This document shows positions 26,733 through 36,221 of a DNA stretch of 42,156 nucleotides, piece after piece (within the stretch, counting starts at the first letter, position 1; each line of letters starts with the position of its first letter). A program made the translations under genes and the position numbers. The DNA is from Candidatus Staskawiczbacteria bacterium (GTDB lineage: Bacteria; Patescibacteriota; Minisyncoccia; Minisyncoccales; Staskawiczbacteraceae). The notes beneath the pieces are model-generated. The model made no database searches, was not told the DNA's origin, and was given only the letters and a program-made list of their open reading frames with translations. The stretch is taken from contig JAPLZF010000012.1 of the NCBI GenBank assembly GCA_026395175.1, positions 1-42,156 on the forward strand, read 5' to 3'.

Positions 26733-29233
26733 TATTTAGATTGCTCCTTTACAAAATTTTTAAATTGATTCCCTTTTTCTTCAAAATTCTTCCACACAGA
26801 ATAACTTGGCGAAGCGCAGGACAATAAGCAAATTTTACCAGGAGCAGTATATTTATAGGCGAATTTGACTGCGGCCTCCATACTTTTTGTTTTTAAAGCA
26901 TTAAGTCCTTTTGTTTTAATCTTTGTGCCAGAATTTGGAAAAAGCGCCACATTCCTTATTCTATATTTTTTTATGGTTTTTTCCAACTGCGAAAAGTTGT
27001 ATCCCCTATCCTCTCCGCCCAGAAATATCGTATCAACATTTTTTAAGGCCTTAATTGCCATTATTGTGGACTCTGGAGTTGTTGAAATTGCATCGTCATA
27101 AAATTTAATGTTTTTGAATTCGCCGATAAATTCCAACCTGTGTGGCAAAGGCTTAAAATTTTCAATTGCTGTTTTTATAACTCTGTCTGAAACCAAAAGT
27201 TCTTTTGCAACCGCAACAGCAATTAGTATGTTTTCTTTGTTGTGCTCACCGATTAAGGGCAGGTTAACTCCGTCAAGGAATTTTTTGTTTGCAATAGGAA
27301 TTTTTTTTGCTTTTGTTTCTTCTTTCCATTCTTCTAATTTCTTTATATTCTTATTATAGACAAATGTATTATTTTCGTTTTGGAAATTGATTATATTTTT
27401 TTTTGCGTCATAATAATTTTTTTCGCCTTTGTGGTAGTCCATGTGTTCGGGAAATAAATTTGTTACAACAGCTATGTCGGGCGAAAATTTAATGTCGTCC
27501 AACTGGTAGCTTGAAAGTTCTATAACAAAAATTTCATCTTTTTGTATAGGGGTCGTCATGGCCCCCAGCATTGGACTGCCAATATTTCCTAGAAGCCTGG
27601 CGTTTTTCCCACCTTCTTTCAGTATCGAATAAATTAATGAGGCTGTTGTTGATTTGCCCTTGCTTCCTGTGACGCCAATAATTTTATTCCCTAATTCCTT
27701 AACATTAGAAAAAAATATATTAGTTGCAGTAGTATAGGGTATTTTTATAAGATTTTTATTTATTCCCGGAGTTTTTATTAAAAAATCATAATCTTTTTGT
27801 TTTTTAAGATAATTTTTTCCGTCTTTTTTGTCTGCCACGCCAATTTTTAAATTTGGATATTTTTTTTCAACGTATTTTTTAGAAGCTTCTCCTTCTCTGC
27901 CAAAGCCTAAAATTAAAACGTTTTTCATTCCTGAAAATTTGAATTGAGCAGGAATATTTGGCGATGGGTGAGTTTTAAATAAATCTTTTGTGCGCGGTTT
28001 TTTTATTTTTGGCAAAAGAGTTTTTACGATAAAATCATTTTTGAATTTGGGCACACTCATGGCAAATGATGCCTTTGATTCCTCAAAAGTTCCCACGCAA
28101 TCAAATGGTTTCATTGTTCCTAAACCTAAAACATCTTTAAATAATGGCAAAAGGCTTTCATCTCGGTAAAGATTTTTTTTGAAAATATCCAGCAATTCTT
28201 CTTTTATCAGAAACGCAGAAAGCAGGTTGAAAACGAAAACGCACTTTGGGCAGCAACCGCACCATAGGCCTTTTTTATCTTCTTTAACTAATTTAAAGTT
28301 TTTATTACAGCTAGAAAAATAGGGAAAATATTTTTTGTATTTTGAGAATTGTTCTGCAATTCGTATTTCGTAAAATGGCCTTAACAAAGAAAAATATTTT
28401 ACATCAGGGGAAACAAAATTATTAAGATAATCTGAAAAGAGATTCTCAAATTCAGAAGACTTTGACCACTGGTGGTTTATTAGCTTGCCCTTGTATTTTA
28501 TGTTGCCAAAATTACTGCTGTATTCATTGGCAACAACAAAATAAGAATAGTTGTACAAAACAGCATAAAAAATTCCCAAGAAAGCGTATATTGCAGAGAT
28601 TGGTATGTGGCCGTCGTATTTGTGCTTTTGGAAAACCTGCCAGTCCAAAAAACGCTGGATTTTTAGAAATTTGCCTCCAAATTTTTCCGCCACGTTGTCC
28701 ACCAAGTCAGATTTTATGTTTGTCTCTGTAAAAATTGTTGCAACATCAATCCCCTGCTCTTTTAATAATTCGGCAGCAACAATTGAATCTTTTCCGCCAG
28801 ACAAGGCAACCAAACATTCATTATTTTTTTTCAGAGAAAATGTTTCGCTTTTTAGGTTGTTATTGTAAGGAAATTTCGGAGATTTTTTTGGGTCTAATTT
28901 ATTCTTGAACCAAAATTCTCCAAGGCCATCTTTGTAAATTGTATTCCAAAAATCAGCCTCTTCTTTTGAAAGGCTGTAAGGTAGCTTTATTTTTGTCGCA
29001 CAATAAAATTTATAATAACTAATCCCCAGCATCAAATGCAGGCCTTGCAAAAGTTTTTTTACCAGTTCTTCTGGAATATTTTTCAAATCAACTGTCTCGG
29101 GCAAAATTATTGTTTCAGAAAAAACAAGCGGTTCCTTACCTGAAAATTCCTGCTTATAACCAAAAGAAACCCTTTTTTTCTCGGGCTCAAAATTATACGA
29201 GCTAAATTCAAAAACAGTAGGTTTTGCCTCCAT
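26732..29233 (-). CDS. Fusion of a MurL-like UDP-MurNAc-L-Ala-L-Glu epimerase (aa ~1-435) and a MurD/MurD2 ligase (aa ~436-833)
   Basis: N-half: SGGKDS, GHIPIS, NHQWSKS, YFSLLRP, FSSCNKNF, WCGCCPKC, KPFDCVG. C-half: ILGFGREG, GVTGSKGKSTT, ELSSYQL, HMDYH, HRLE, FYDDAISTTPES. Confidence 0.85.
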   Translation of the reverse strand: MEAKPTVFEFSSYNFEPEKKRVSFGYKQEFSGKEPLVFSETIILPETVDLKNIPEELVKKLLQGLHLMLGISYYKFYCATKIKLPYSLSKEEADFWNTIYKDGLGEFWFKNKLDPKKSPKFPYNNNLKSETFSLKKNNECLVALSGGKDSIVAAELLKEQGIDVATIFTETNIKSDLVDNVAEKFGGKFLKIQRFLDWQVFQKHKYDGHIPISAIYAFLGIFYAVLYNYSYFVVANEYSSNFGNIKYKGKLINHQWSKSSEFENLFSDYLNNFVSPDVKYFSLLRPFYEIRIAEQFSKYKKYFPYFSSCNKNFKLVKEDKKGLWCGCCPKCVFVFNLLSAFLIKEELLDIFKKNLYRDESLLPLFKDVLGLGTMKPFDCVGTFEESKASFAMSVPKFKNDFIVKTLLPKIKKPRTKDLFKTHPSPNIPAQFKFSGMKNVLILGFGREGEASKKYVEKKYPNLKIGVADKKDGKNYLKKQKDYDFLIKTPGINKNLIKIPYTTATNIFFSNVKELGNKIIGVTGSKGKSTTASLIYSILKEGGKNARLLGNIGSPMLGAMTTPIQKDEIFVIELSSYQLDDIKFSPDIAVVTNLFPEHMDYHKGEKNYYDAKKNIINFQNENNTFVYNKNIKKLEEWKEETKAKKIPIANKKFLDGVNLPLIGEHNKENILIAVAVAKELLVSDRVIKTAIENFKPLPHRLEFIGEFKNIKFYDDAISTTPESTIMAIKALKNVDTIFLGGEDRGYNFSQLEKTIKKYRIRNVALFPNSGTKIKTKGLNALKTKSMEAAVKFAYKYTAPGKICLLSCASPSYSVWKNFEEKGNQFKNFVKEQSK

Positions 29234-29273
29234 ATTTTTATTGCTTTAGTATACCAAAAAATTACGTAAAATC

Positions 29274-29304
29274 AAACTGCCACCCGTTTTGCGGGGCGGC
29301 AGTC
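29274..29304 (-). terminator. Probable intrinsic terminator
   Basis: ACTGCC.CCCG-TTTTG-CGGG.GGCAGT-type GC stem downstream of the 29316 stop, followed by TTT on the minus strand. Confidence 0.55.
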
Positions 29305-29315
29305 TTAAAAGCGAA

Positions 29316-30407
29316 TTAAACGTTGGATGAAAGGCGTTTGAATACAATAATAAATAAAAATATTAAGACAAGCCCGACTAAAATCCACAAATACCATCTT
29401 TTCAAAAATCCCATAAAACCAGATGTTGCCGGGGCTTTAGAAACTGCGGCTACTGCTTGGACTTGGCTAAAATTTATAGAAACAGAATCGGTCTGTATTT
29501 TTCCAGAAACATTGCTCGTTGCGGTTGCCTGTTTTGTTGAAACTGCGGAAATTGTTTGTGTTTTTCCTTCAAAGGTTATTAGTTTTGTGCTTTGAGGCGC
29601 AACGGACCCAATATTGATTCCAGAAACTATGTCTCCCGAAACCAAAACTCCATTGACCTGCAAATTTCCCAAGGAAGAAATTTCAGTTGGAATATTTGCT
29701 GAGACATTAACATTGTCAATTTGAGCAGTTGAAGCGTTTGTTGCAGAAATCATAAAATAAATTTGGCTGTTTTGGCCGAGTTCTGCTGTTTTCTGCCATT
29801 GGGTGGAAGCTGAATCTTGTTTGGCAAAAAATGCAATTGACAACCCGCTTGGTATTATATTCGCGGCTGGAGTTGGAGTTGTGTTTTGCTGAGCCGGAGC
29901 CGGAGTTGTCTGGCAATAAGTATTGTAATCTGCAGAGCCGACAGCGCAGGTTGTGCCGTCGCATTTTAATGTGTTTGCGCATTTATTTTCCGAGCAAGAA
30001 TCCAAAGTGCAACTGTTTTTGTCGGCGCATTTTTTGTATAAACCGCTGGCGACTCCAAGCGAATCATACCAATAAATGCTGTTGCCTGAACATGCTGTTT
30101 TGTAATATGCCACATAATTGCTGTAATTTTGGACAGGCTGAATTGGCTGGACATAATTTACACATTGGCCATACTGGCAGGTTTGTCCGCCCTGGCAGGT
30201 GTAATATAAATCTTGCTGGTTTTGGCAGGAGTCATACCAGTAAATGCTGTTGCCCGAGCAAAGCTTGTAGGCGTGATAAGTGCAGGACCCAGAGGGTACC
30301 CCGTAATTGTAATAATATTGGGCCTGCGCTGTTCCAGCCAAAACAAAGGCTGAAGCAAAAAGCATTATTGCAAATACGCTTATAGCAAGTAAATTTGATG
30401 TTTTCAT
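29316..30407 (-). CDS. Secreted, C-terminally anchored Cys-rich surface protein with an internal repeat and a DUF11-like Ig domain
   Basis: Signal peptide (MKTSNLL...AQA), CSGNSIYWYDS twice, beta-rich segment, C-terminal TM helix followed by KR. Confidence 0.75.
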   Translation of the reverse strand: MKTSNLLAISVFAIMLFASAFVLAGTAQAQYYYNYGVPSGSCTYHAYKLCSGNSIYWYDSCQNQQDLYYTCQGGQTCQYGQCVNYVQPIQPVQNYSNYVAYYKTACSGNSIYWYDSLGVASGLYKKCADKNSCTLDSCSENKCANTLKCDGTTCAVGSADYNTYCQTTPAPAQQNTTPTPAANIIPSGLSIAFFAKQDSASTQWQKTAELGQNSQIYFMISATNASTAQIDNVNVSANIPTEISSLGNLQVNGVLVSGDIVSGINIGSVAPQSTKLITFEGKTQTISAVSTKQATATSNVSGKIQTDSVSINFSQVQAVAAVSKAPATSGFMGFLKRWYLWILVGLVLIFLFIIVFKRLSSNV

Positions 30408-30540
30408 AGTTTTTAGGGTAATATTATATTTTACCACTTCAAGAACAAAAGTCAATAGTTTGCGGTGATGCTTACAGGTTGAATAAATTGCAAATATTGC
30501 AAAAATGGAAAAAGTGATGTAGAATAAAATAACAAAAATT

Positions 30541-30613
30541 GCCCTCGTAGCTCAATTGGTAGAGCAGTTCCCTTTTAAGGAATTGGTTTCGAGTTCGAGT
30601 CTCGACGAGGGCA
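30541..30613 (+). tRNA. tRNA-Lys(TTT); integration target
   Basis: Acceptor GCCCTCG/CGAGGGC, D-arm GCTC/GAGC, anticodon arm GTTCC-CTTTTAA-GGAAT, T-loop TTCGAGT. Confidence 0.95.
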
Positions 30614-32086
30614 CAAATTAGAACAGCCGTTCGCCAAAGCCATTGCTCCGAACGGCTTTTTAAGTGTAAAAGTGAGGTTTTTACCGCTTAATTTGGAGTT
30701 CTGAAATAGAAAGTTGATAAACGCTCGTTTTTCCATTGGTTCAGAACTTTTGAATAGCGAATATGCCCGTTTAGCGAGGCTCATAATCATTGCAATAGTG
30801 ATATAAAATTCTTTGTCGGCTTTCTGGTGCTTTGCTATCTCGGTGTTTATGGCTGTCTGTTTTTCGTCGTATTCATTGATTTTTTTATTGTAGTCCTCTT
30901 TGGTTATCTCCTCGTCGGCTAATCTATCAAGCAAGTTGCTTTTTCTTTTTTCATATCTATCGTAATCAGCCCGCAGGACTTTCATTGAAGCCTCAAAAAA
31001 CTCACTCTTTGCGTCTTCACTCTGGGCTAAGAGCGTCATTAGGCGTGTTTTTTGCCCCTCTGTGAGGCTTATATTCCTCAATACTCTCTCTACTGGCTTA
31101 AAGAGGTCATTTTCGTTCACATAGAGCCTTTTGGCGTGTATTTTATGGCTATTGGTGCAACTATAATAATTGTATTTATTCTTTGTCCTTTCTGCCGTAA
31201 TCGTGCAACCACATTCGGCACATTTTACTAAACCCCTAAAAGCAAAAGGCTTGCAAGCGTATCTAAACGGCTTTTTATTGTAGCCATTAAAAACTTCTTG
31301 CACTCTGTTAAACAACTGTCTTGAAATTAAGGGCTGGTATTTATGCGGATATAACACGCCCTTGATTTTCATTTCGCCATAATAAAACGGGTCTCTTAAA
31401 ATAATATAAATTTGTCCTCTTGGTAGCGGTTTGGGAGTTTTTGTATTACTTCTTAATCCCAGCTTTTCCATTGTTTCTTGAATTTGTTTAGTTGAGGAAG
31501 TCCCTGTCGCATACATTTCAAACATTTTAACGATAAACTGGCTTCGCAGAGGGTCGGGGATTATGTTAGTCCTTTTTCCAGTTTCGTCGTGAACTCCCAC
31601 ATAACCAATTTTAGGTTTTGTAATCCATTCTTTGTTTTGGATTTTCTGCTCGTAGCTTCTTTTTACATCATCAGAAAGCCTGTTGAGGTATTGCTTAGCC
31701 AAAAATACTTTTGCCTCCCACATAAACATCTGGTTGCCAGTTGCATTTTTATTTACAAAAAATCCGTCTTGCACAAAATGAATTTCTAAATCCTCCTTTC
31801 TCCTCATTTCATCTAAATCAACAGCGTCCTTAAAATTCCTTGTTGCTCGGTCAACATTCTCGCAAAGTAAAACCCTAACATCTTTATGGCTTCTAATATA
31901 CGCAATAACTTCCTCAAATTTCTTTCTGATTTTATCTCCCGCACTTTCGTGAAATGAAAAAGTCTCAACTATTTCAAAGTCTTTTTTCTTTGCGTATTCC
32001 TGCAACCTCCTTATTTGAGCGGGGAGTGAGTGTCCTTGCTCCTCCTGCTCCTTTGTTGAAACTCTGGCGAGTATTACGGCTTTCAT
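30575..32086 (-). CDS. Large serine recombinase (integrase)
   Basis: ARVSTKEQ catalytic motif, VDRATRN, recombinase domain (DPFYYG, HKYQPLIS), zinc ribbon CAECG...YYSC, coiled coil; 3' end reads through antisense tRNA-Lys. Confidence 0.95.
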   Translation of the reverse strand: MKAVILARVSTKEQEEQGHSLPAQIRRLQEYAKKKDFEIVETFSFHESAGDKIRKKFEEVIAYIRSHKDVRVLLCENVDRATRNFKDAVDLDEMRRKEDLEIHFVQDGFFVNKNATGNQMFMWEAKVFLAKQYLNRLSDDVKRSYEQKIQNKEWITKPKIGYVGVHDETGKRTNIIPDPLRSQFIVKMFEMYATGTSSTKQIQETMEKLGLRSNTKTPKPLPRGQIYIILRDPFYYGEMKIKGVLYPHKYQPLISRQLFNRVQEVFNGYNKKPFRYACKPFAFRGLVKCAECGCTITAERTKNKYNYYSCTNSHKIHAKRLYVNENDLFKPVERVLRNISLTEGQKTRLMTLLAQSEDAKSEFFEASMKVLRADYDRYEKRKSNLLDRLADEEITKEDYNKKINEYDEKQTAINTEIAKHQKADKEFYITIAMIMSLAKRAYSLFKSSEPMEKRAFINFLFQNSKLSGKNLTFTLKKPFGAMALANGCSNLCPRRDSNSKPIP

Positions 32087-32087
32087 T

Positions 32088-33524
32088 TTATTTACCTAAA
32101 ATAATGCTTTCAACTTCTTGTTTAGCTTTTTCTATTTCGTTTTTTGCTTCTAATTTTAGTTTGGTAGCACTTTCTAATCTATCCCTAAATTCGTTTGCTA
32201 ATTTCTTTTGCGTATCAATGGGTGGGAGGGGGACAGGAATTGATAAATACTCCTCCATAATTAAATTTTTAATGCCCGTTGTTTGGTTTTGCAGATATTC
32301 CATATAATTTAATCCATACAGAGTTTTCAAAAAACAAAATAAGTATTCTGGTATGCACTCTTTTTTTACTCTGAAACATTGCAAAAAATTACTGAAAGTA
32401 AATCTGTCTTTTAAGTTCTCTATCAAGGCAACCCTGCCAACTGGCTGTATCGGACTGCCTCCTGATTTTTCTATTAAAATATCGCCATTTTTTAATTCAA
32501 CTTTTGCCAATTTATTATTTTCTATAAATCGCTCCGCAACAACAGAAAAATTTAAGTTGCCTTGATTATCAAAATTTGTATTTCTTAAAACTTTAATCAA
32601 GGAATAGCCCTCATTATTTTCTAATGTAGCGTCCTCCCCCCATTCTCCCGCAATACTTGTCTCTAATAATTCGGAGAGCGTCTTTGTTTTATATGCAGAC
32701 TTTTTAATGGCTTTTAGTATTGTTTGGGGAGTATCTAAATAACCTTTTGGGTCTAATCTTTTGCCCTCAACCTCTTTGGAATTTATGCAAAAACAATTTT
32801 TATTTTTTAAGTTTTCAATTTTTATATCTAACTCTTTTAAGATATAACTACCAACTGAATTTAGGATATTTTCTGCCTTTTGCTCTTTGTCTATTTTTTT
32901 GTCATAAGCAGACTGCATTAGTTTTACTATTTTATTTTGAGTTTCTAATGGGGGAACAGGTATCGGTAATTTTTTTATAACTTCGTTATTAACATATTTA
33001 ATCGTTGCTATCGTGGCAACCCTATCAATAAGCCTTTTGAAATAATATGTATTTAGCCATATAACGGCGTATTGCGGGTTTATTTCTTTGTTGAACCTTA
33101 TTAGTGTTATATTTTGGTTAATCGTGGCTAAATCGCTCGTATCATAAATTGTAGAAACTCCTATCGTGCCTGCCATACTTATCAAAACATCTCCTTTTTT
33201 TAGCAGTAATCCTTTTAGATTTTTTTCAAATTCCCTTTTTATTTTTTTTGCCGAGCCGTATCTAATAACATTCTCTTTCAAGTCTGTATTTCTAATAAAT
33301 AAAATCCCGTCAATTTCAGTAAAACATTTTAGGCTCGCTTTGGGAGTAGAGCCACTTTTAACTAATTCAGATAATTCTCCTATGGTCTTTGTCTTAAATT
33401 CTCCCTTTTTAATTTTACTTATAATTTCAGCAAATTCTGTTTTGTGATAATAGGGGTCTAATCTGTTATCAAGGTTTTTGCTCCAAACTACAAAGCACTT
33501 GTTATTTTTTTTAACAGCCTGCAT
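32088..33524 (-). CDS. Restriction-modification specificity (S) subunit with two TRDs
   Basis: SGSTP, GDVLISMAGTIG, LPIPVPPLETQNKI and IPVPLPPIDTQKKL conserved repeats; RLDP twice. Confidence 0.9.
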   Translation of the reverse strand: MQAVKKNNKCFVVWSKNLDNRLDPYYHKTEFAEIISKIKKGEFKTKTIGELSELVKSGSTPKASLKCFTEIDGILFIRNTDLKENVIRYGSAKKIKREFEKNLKGLLLKKGDVLISMAGTIGVSTIYDTSDLATINQNITLIRFNKEINPQYAVIWLNTYYFKRLIDRVATIATIKYVNNEVIKKLPIPVPPLETQNKIVKLMQSAYDKKIDKEQKAENILNSVGSYILKELDIKIENLKNKNCFCINSKEVEGKRLDPKGYLDTPQTILKAIKKSAYKTKTLSELLETSIAGEWGEDATLENNEGYSLIKVLRNTNFDNQGNLNFSVVAERFIENNKLAKVELKNGDILIEKSGGSPIQPVGRVALIENLKDRFTFSNFLQCFRVKKECIPEYLFCFLKTLYGLNYMEYLQNQTTGIKNLIMEEYLSIPVPLPPIDTQKKLANEFRDRLESATKLKLEAKNEIEKAKQEVESIILGK

Positions 33525-35295
33525 AGTTTTGTGGATTTTTTAAGAATTTTTTATACTCCTCATAAATTTCTCCGAAATCATTTCTCGGGTCGTCTTTTCC
33601 CGTTGCGTCATATCCTATATGCTCGGCAATTCCCATAAATATCGGGTAGTCTGTTAATTTTTCGTTTTCTCCTCGTCTCCTTAAAAATACCAAAGACGAT
33701 TTTACCCCCGCTCCAAAATGTGCGAAAGAAAAAGACGGGAGAGAGATAACTCCCATAATTTGGCAGTGCTCCATTATAAAATCTCGTATATTTTGCAGGG
33801 AGGAGTTGGTTAGTATCCCGTCTGGTAAAACAATGGCTATTCTGCCTGTTTTTGGCTTTACAAAGTTAATGCAACGCTCAATAAATAAAATTTCTGTTTT
33901 TTGATTTTGTTTATCCTCTCCCAGTTTATATTTATCTAAATAGTCCTTTTCAGTCCTTTTTATCATTGCCCCAAACGGCGGATTTGTAAGTATTAAATCA
34001 AAATGGTTTTTTTCAAATTTCGGGTGTAGTTTTTCTATTTCGTCAAAGTTTTCTAATGCGTCCGTGCTAATAACATTCGTATGCCCGTCGTCGTGGATTA
34101 TCATATTCATTTTACAAACTCTGGCTATCTGGTCGTTTATTTCAATGCCGTATAAATTATCTTTCGCAAAGCTGTGCCAATGGTCTCTGGCTTCTTGCTC
34201 GTCATAGTTTGTCTCTGCGTAATTCCTAACAGCGTCCAACGCATTAAGTAAAAATCCGCCACTCCCACAAGCAGGGTCTAAAACTAACTCGCCCCGCTCT
34301 GGGTTAGTCATTTTAACGCAAAATTGTATAATCGGTCTGGGAGTAAAAAATTGTCCCATTTTACCCTTGAAAAAGTCCGTCATAAATATCTCAAAAGCAA
34401 TTCCCTTAGTGTCTAAGTCAATTTTGTTTATTGCTAACGCCTGCAAGTGTTCTACCACATTATAAACAATTTTCGGCTCTAATTTTATGTCCTCCTTAAA
34501 AACTTCGGCGTCCTCTTTTTTGGCTTTTAGATAAATATCATTAACCCGTTTATAAACTTCGTCTGGTAGCTCGTGTGTGCCTATCTGAAATAAATAAGGG
34601 TCTCCTTTGGGAGTTATTTTTTCGTCTTTTAATTTGCAGAATAGCAATTTAGAAACTTCGTCAAAGGCAGTAGTGGGAGCGAGTTTGCCTCCCTGCCATA
34701 CGCTATCGTGTGCTTTCTCTAACGCCTTAATAAGCTCGTCTCTTGAAACTATTTTTAGCTCTTTGTCCGTTTCGCCTTTTATAAATCTGTATTTGGGAGT
34801 TTTGCCGTATTTTTTAGGAATATCCGAAATAACATTTTTAGCTCTTTCGCTCGGCTTAAATCCCGAAACATCAAAAGCGGTCTTTGTTGTCCCCGCAACA
34901 ACAGAGGCAAGTTTGGCTCGTAAATAATTTGCGTATCTAAATGCTTGGTCTATTGCTGTTTTATATTCGCTGTCTGTTATCCCGTCCTTTTTTGTTTCAA
35001 CTATAATATAAGGTTGTTTTAGCTCGTCGTCTTCATAAACAACAATATCCGCCCTATCTAAATCTGGCTTTGTCCCTATTTCAAAATCAATTCTTTCTTT
35101 TGGGTAATCGTAGTCAAGCACAAGCTCGCAAAAATACGAGGCTCTAACTTTTTCCTCTGGGTTCTTAAAACTGGTTATAAAATCCCGTGAGGCGTGGTAG
35201 GTTATTTTTGTTTTATCGTCGTTAAAAGAAACTATGCCCGCCTCAATGCCCCTGTTTATGCTTGCCTCAAAAATAGACTGGTTTTTATTTTCCAT
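33511..35295 (-). CDS. Fused endonuclease (HsdR_N-like PD-(D/E)XK) / N6-adenine methyltransferase, BcgI-like Type IIB/IIG RM subunit
   Basis: PEEKVR...RADIVVY...IIVETKK nuclease motif; GQFFTPR, LDPACGSGGFL, NPPF. Confidence 0.9.
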   Translation of the reverse strand: MENKNQSIFEASINRGIEAGIVSFNDDKTKITYHASRDFITSFKNPEEKVRASYFCELVLDYDYPKERIDFEIGTKPDLDRADIVVYEDDELKQPYIIVETKKDGITDSEYKTAIDQAFRYANYLRAKLASVVAGTTKTAFDVSGFKPSERAKNVISDIPKKYGKTPKYRFIKGETDKELKIVSRDELIKALEKAHDSVWQGGKLAPTTAFDEVSKLLFCKLKDEKITPKGDPYLFQIGTHELPDEVYKRVNDIYLKAKKEDAEVFKEDIKLEPKIVYNVVEHLQALAINKIDLDTKGIAFEIFMTDFFKGKMGQFFTPRPIIQFCVKMTNPERGELVLDPACGSGGFLLNALDAVRNYAETNYDEQEARDHWHSFAKDNLYGIEINDQIARVCKMNMIIHDDGHTNVISTDALENFDEIEKLHPKFEKNHFDLILTNPPFGAMIKRTEKDYLDKYKLGEDKQNQKTEILFIERCINFVKPKTGRIAIVLPDGILTNSSLQNIRDFIMEHCQIMGVISLPSFSFAHFGAGVKSSLVFLRRRGENEKLTDYPIFMGIAEHIGYDATGKDDPRNDFGEIYEEYKKFLKNPQNYAGC

Positions 35296-35297
35296 AA

Positions 35298-35480
35298 TTA
35301 TTTTTTTGTTTTTACCTTATTAAGAAAATTATTAAACTCCTCTTTGTCTATTCTAAACTCCTTGCCGATTTTATAGGCTTTTACTTTTTTCCGCTTAATG
35401 TAGCGGTAAATTGTCATTGTTGAAACCCTTAGCCTTTCCGCCAACTCCTCAACAAGATAAAATTCTTTTTCTTGTGCCAT
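35298..35480 (-). CDS. Excisionase-like HTH protein
   Basis: FYLVEELAERLRVSTMTIYRYIKRKKVKAYKIGKEFRI. Confidence 0.88.
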   Translation of the reverse strand: MAQEKEFYLVEELAERLRVSTMTIYRYIKRKKVKAYKIGKEFRIDKEEFNNFLNKVKTKK

Positions 35481-35483
35481 ATT

Positions 35484-35987
35484 TTATAATAATTGTTTTA
35501 GGTTTTTATAATATGTTTTTACTTCGTTTTCCCATTCTGGCGGATAAAACACTTTATTACTGCCCCGCAGTTCAATAGGTAATATCCTCATTGTATTATC
35601 TAAGCTGTGCGGTCTCCCGTTTTTCCCTGGCGTTGCCTCCCATTTTCTTTGTGCCTTTTCTATCAAAGGACAAGCTATTTTACTGGGAATAATCCAAAAA
35701 TCTGGGTCTTTTTCAAAGCCGTTAAGTTTTACAAAAGCATAATAAAAATCGTCCGCCTCTCCCTTTTCGTCTTTTGCAGATAATGGGAAGTCCGTAGCTT
35801 TTTCGTTCTGCGTTGCTTTAACAGATATTTTAACAAGTCTGCCACTCGGACTAAGAGCAAGTATATCGTATTTTTCAGCCCGCCCGAGCGTTATAGTTGC
35901 AGTAAAATTTATTGCCGATAATCTTGATGCTATGTAATACTCGCCAGCATTTCCGACATTTTGTTTTTGTGCTTTTTCTTGTGCCAT
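35484..35987 (-). CDS. Putative PD-(D/E)XK nuclease
   Basis: GNAGEYYIASRLS...YDILA...ISVKAT (E...D...xxK pattern). Confidence 0.7.
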   Translation of the reverse strand: MAQEKAQKQNVGNAGEYYIASRLSAINFTATITLGRAEKYDILALSPSGRLVKISVKATQNEKATDFPLSAKDEKGEADDFYYAFVKLNGFEKDPDFWIIPSKIACPLIEKAQRKWEATPGKNGRPHSLDNTMRILPIELRGSNKVFYPPEWENEVKTYYKNLKQLL

Positions 35988-35991
35988 ATTT

Positions 35992-36147
35992 TTAATTTTT
36001 AATTAACCTTTTATCGTCGCCATAAACAGCCTCATAAAGTCCCACGAAGTTGTTAGCTCGGCGGGTTGCTTCCTCGTCTAATAATTCTATGCCGTAGTTT
36101 TTGGCATATAGTTTCTTAAATTCCTCAATAGCTTCCTTCGGCAACAT
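35992..36147 (-). CDS. Small hypothetical protein (51 aa; below the ORF-track cutoff)
   Basis: MLPKEAIEEFKKLYAKNYGIELLDEEATRRANNFVGLYEAVYGDDKRLIKN*; stops 4 nt before the next ATG. Confidence 0.7.
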   Translation of the reverse strand: MLPKEAIEEFKKLYAKNYGIELLDEEATRRANNFVGLYEAVYGDDKRLIKN

Positions 36148-36221
36148 ATTTTTATTACTTTTTAATGCTGTTATGCCATTATACCTAATATGACAATAGT
36201 TGACAACGACTAATCTGTGAA

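Noticed and set aside
30066-30254. Near-identical 21-bp repeats as a DGR template/variable pair
   Set aside because: They encode the duplicated GNSIYWY peptide within one protein; too short, and no reverse transcriptase is present.
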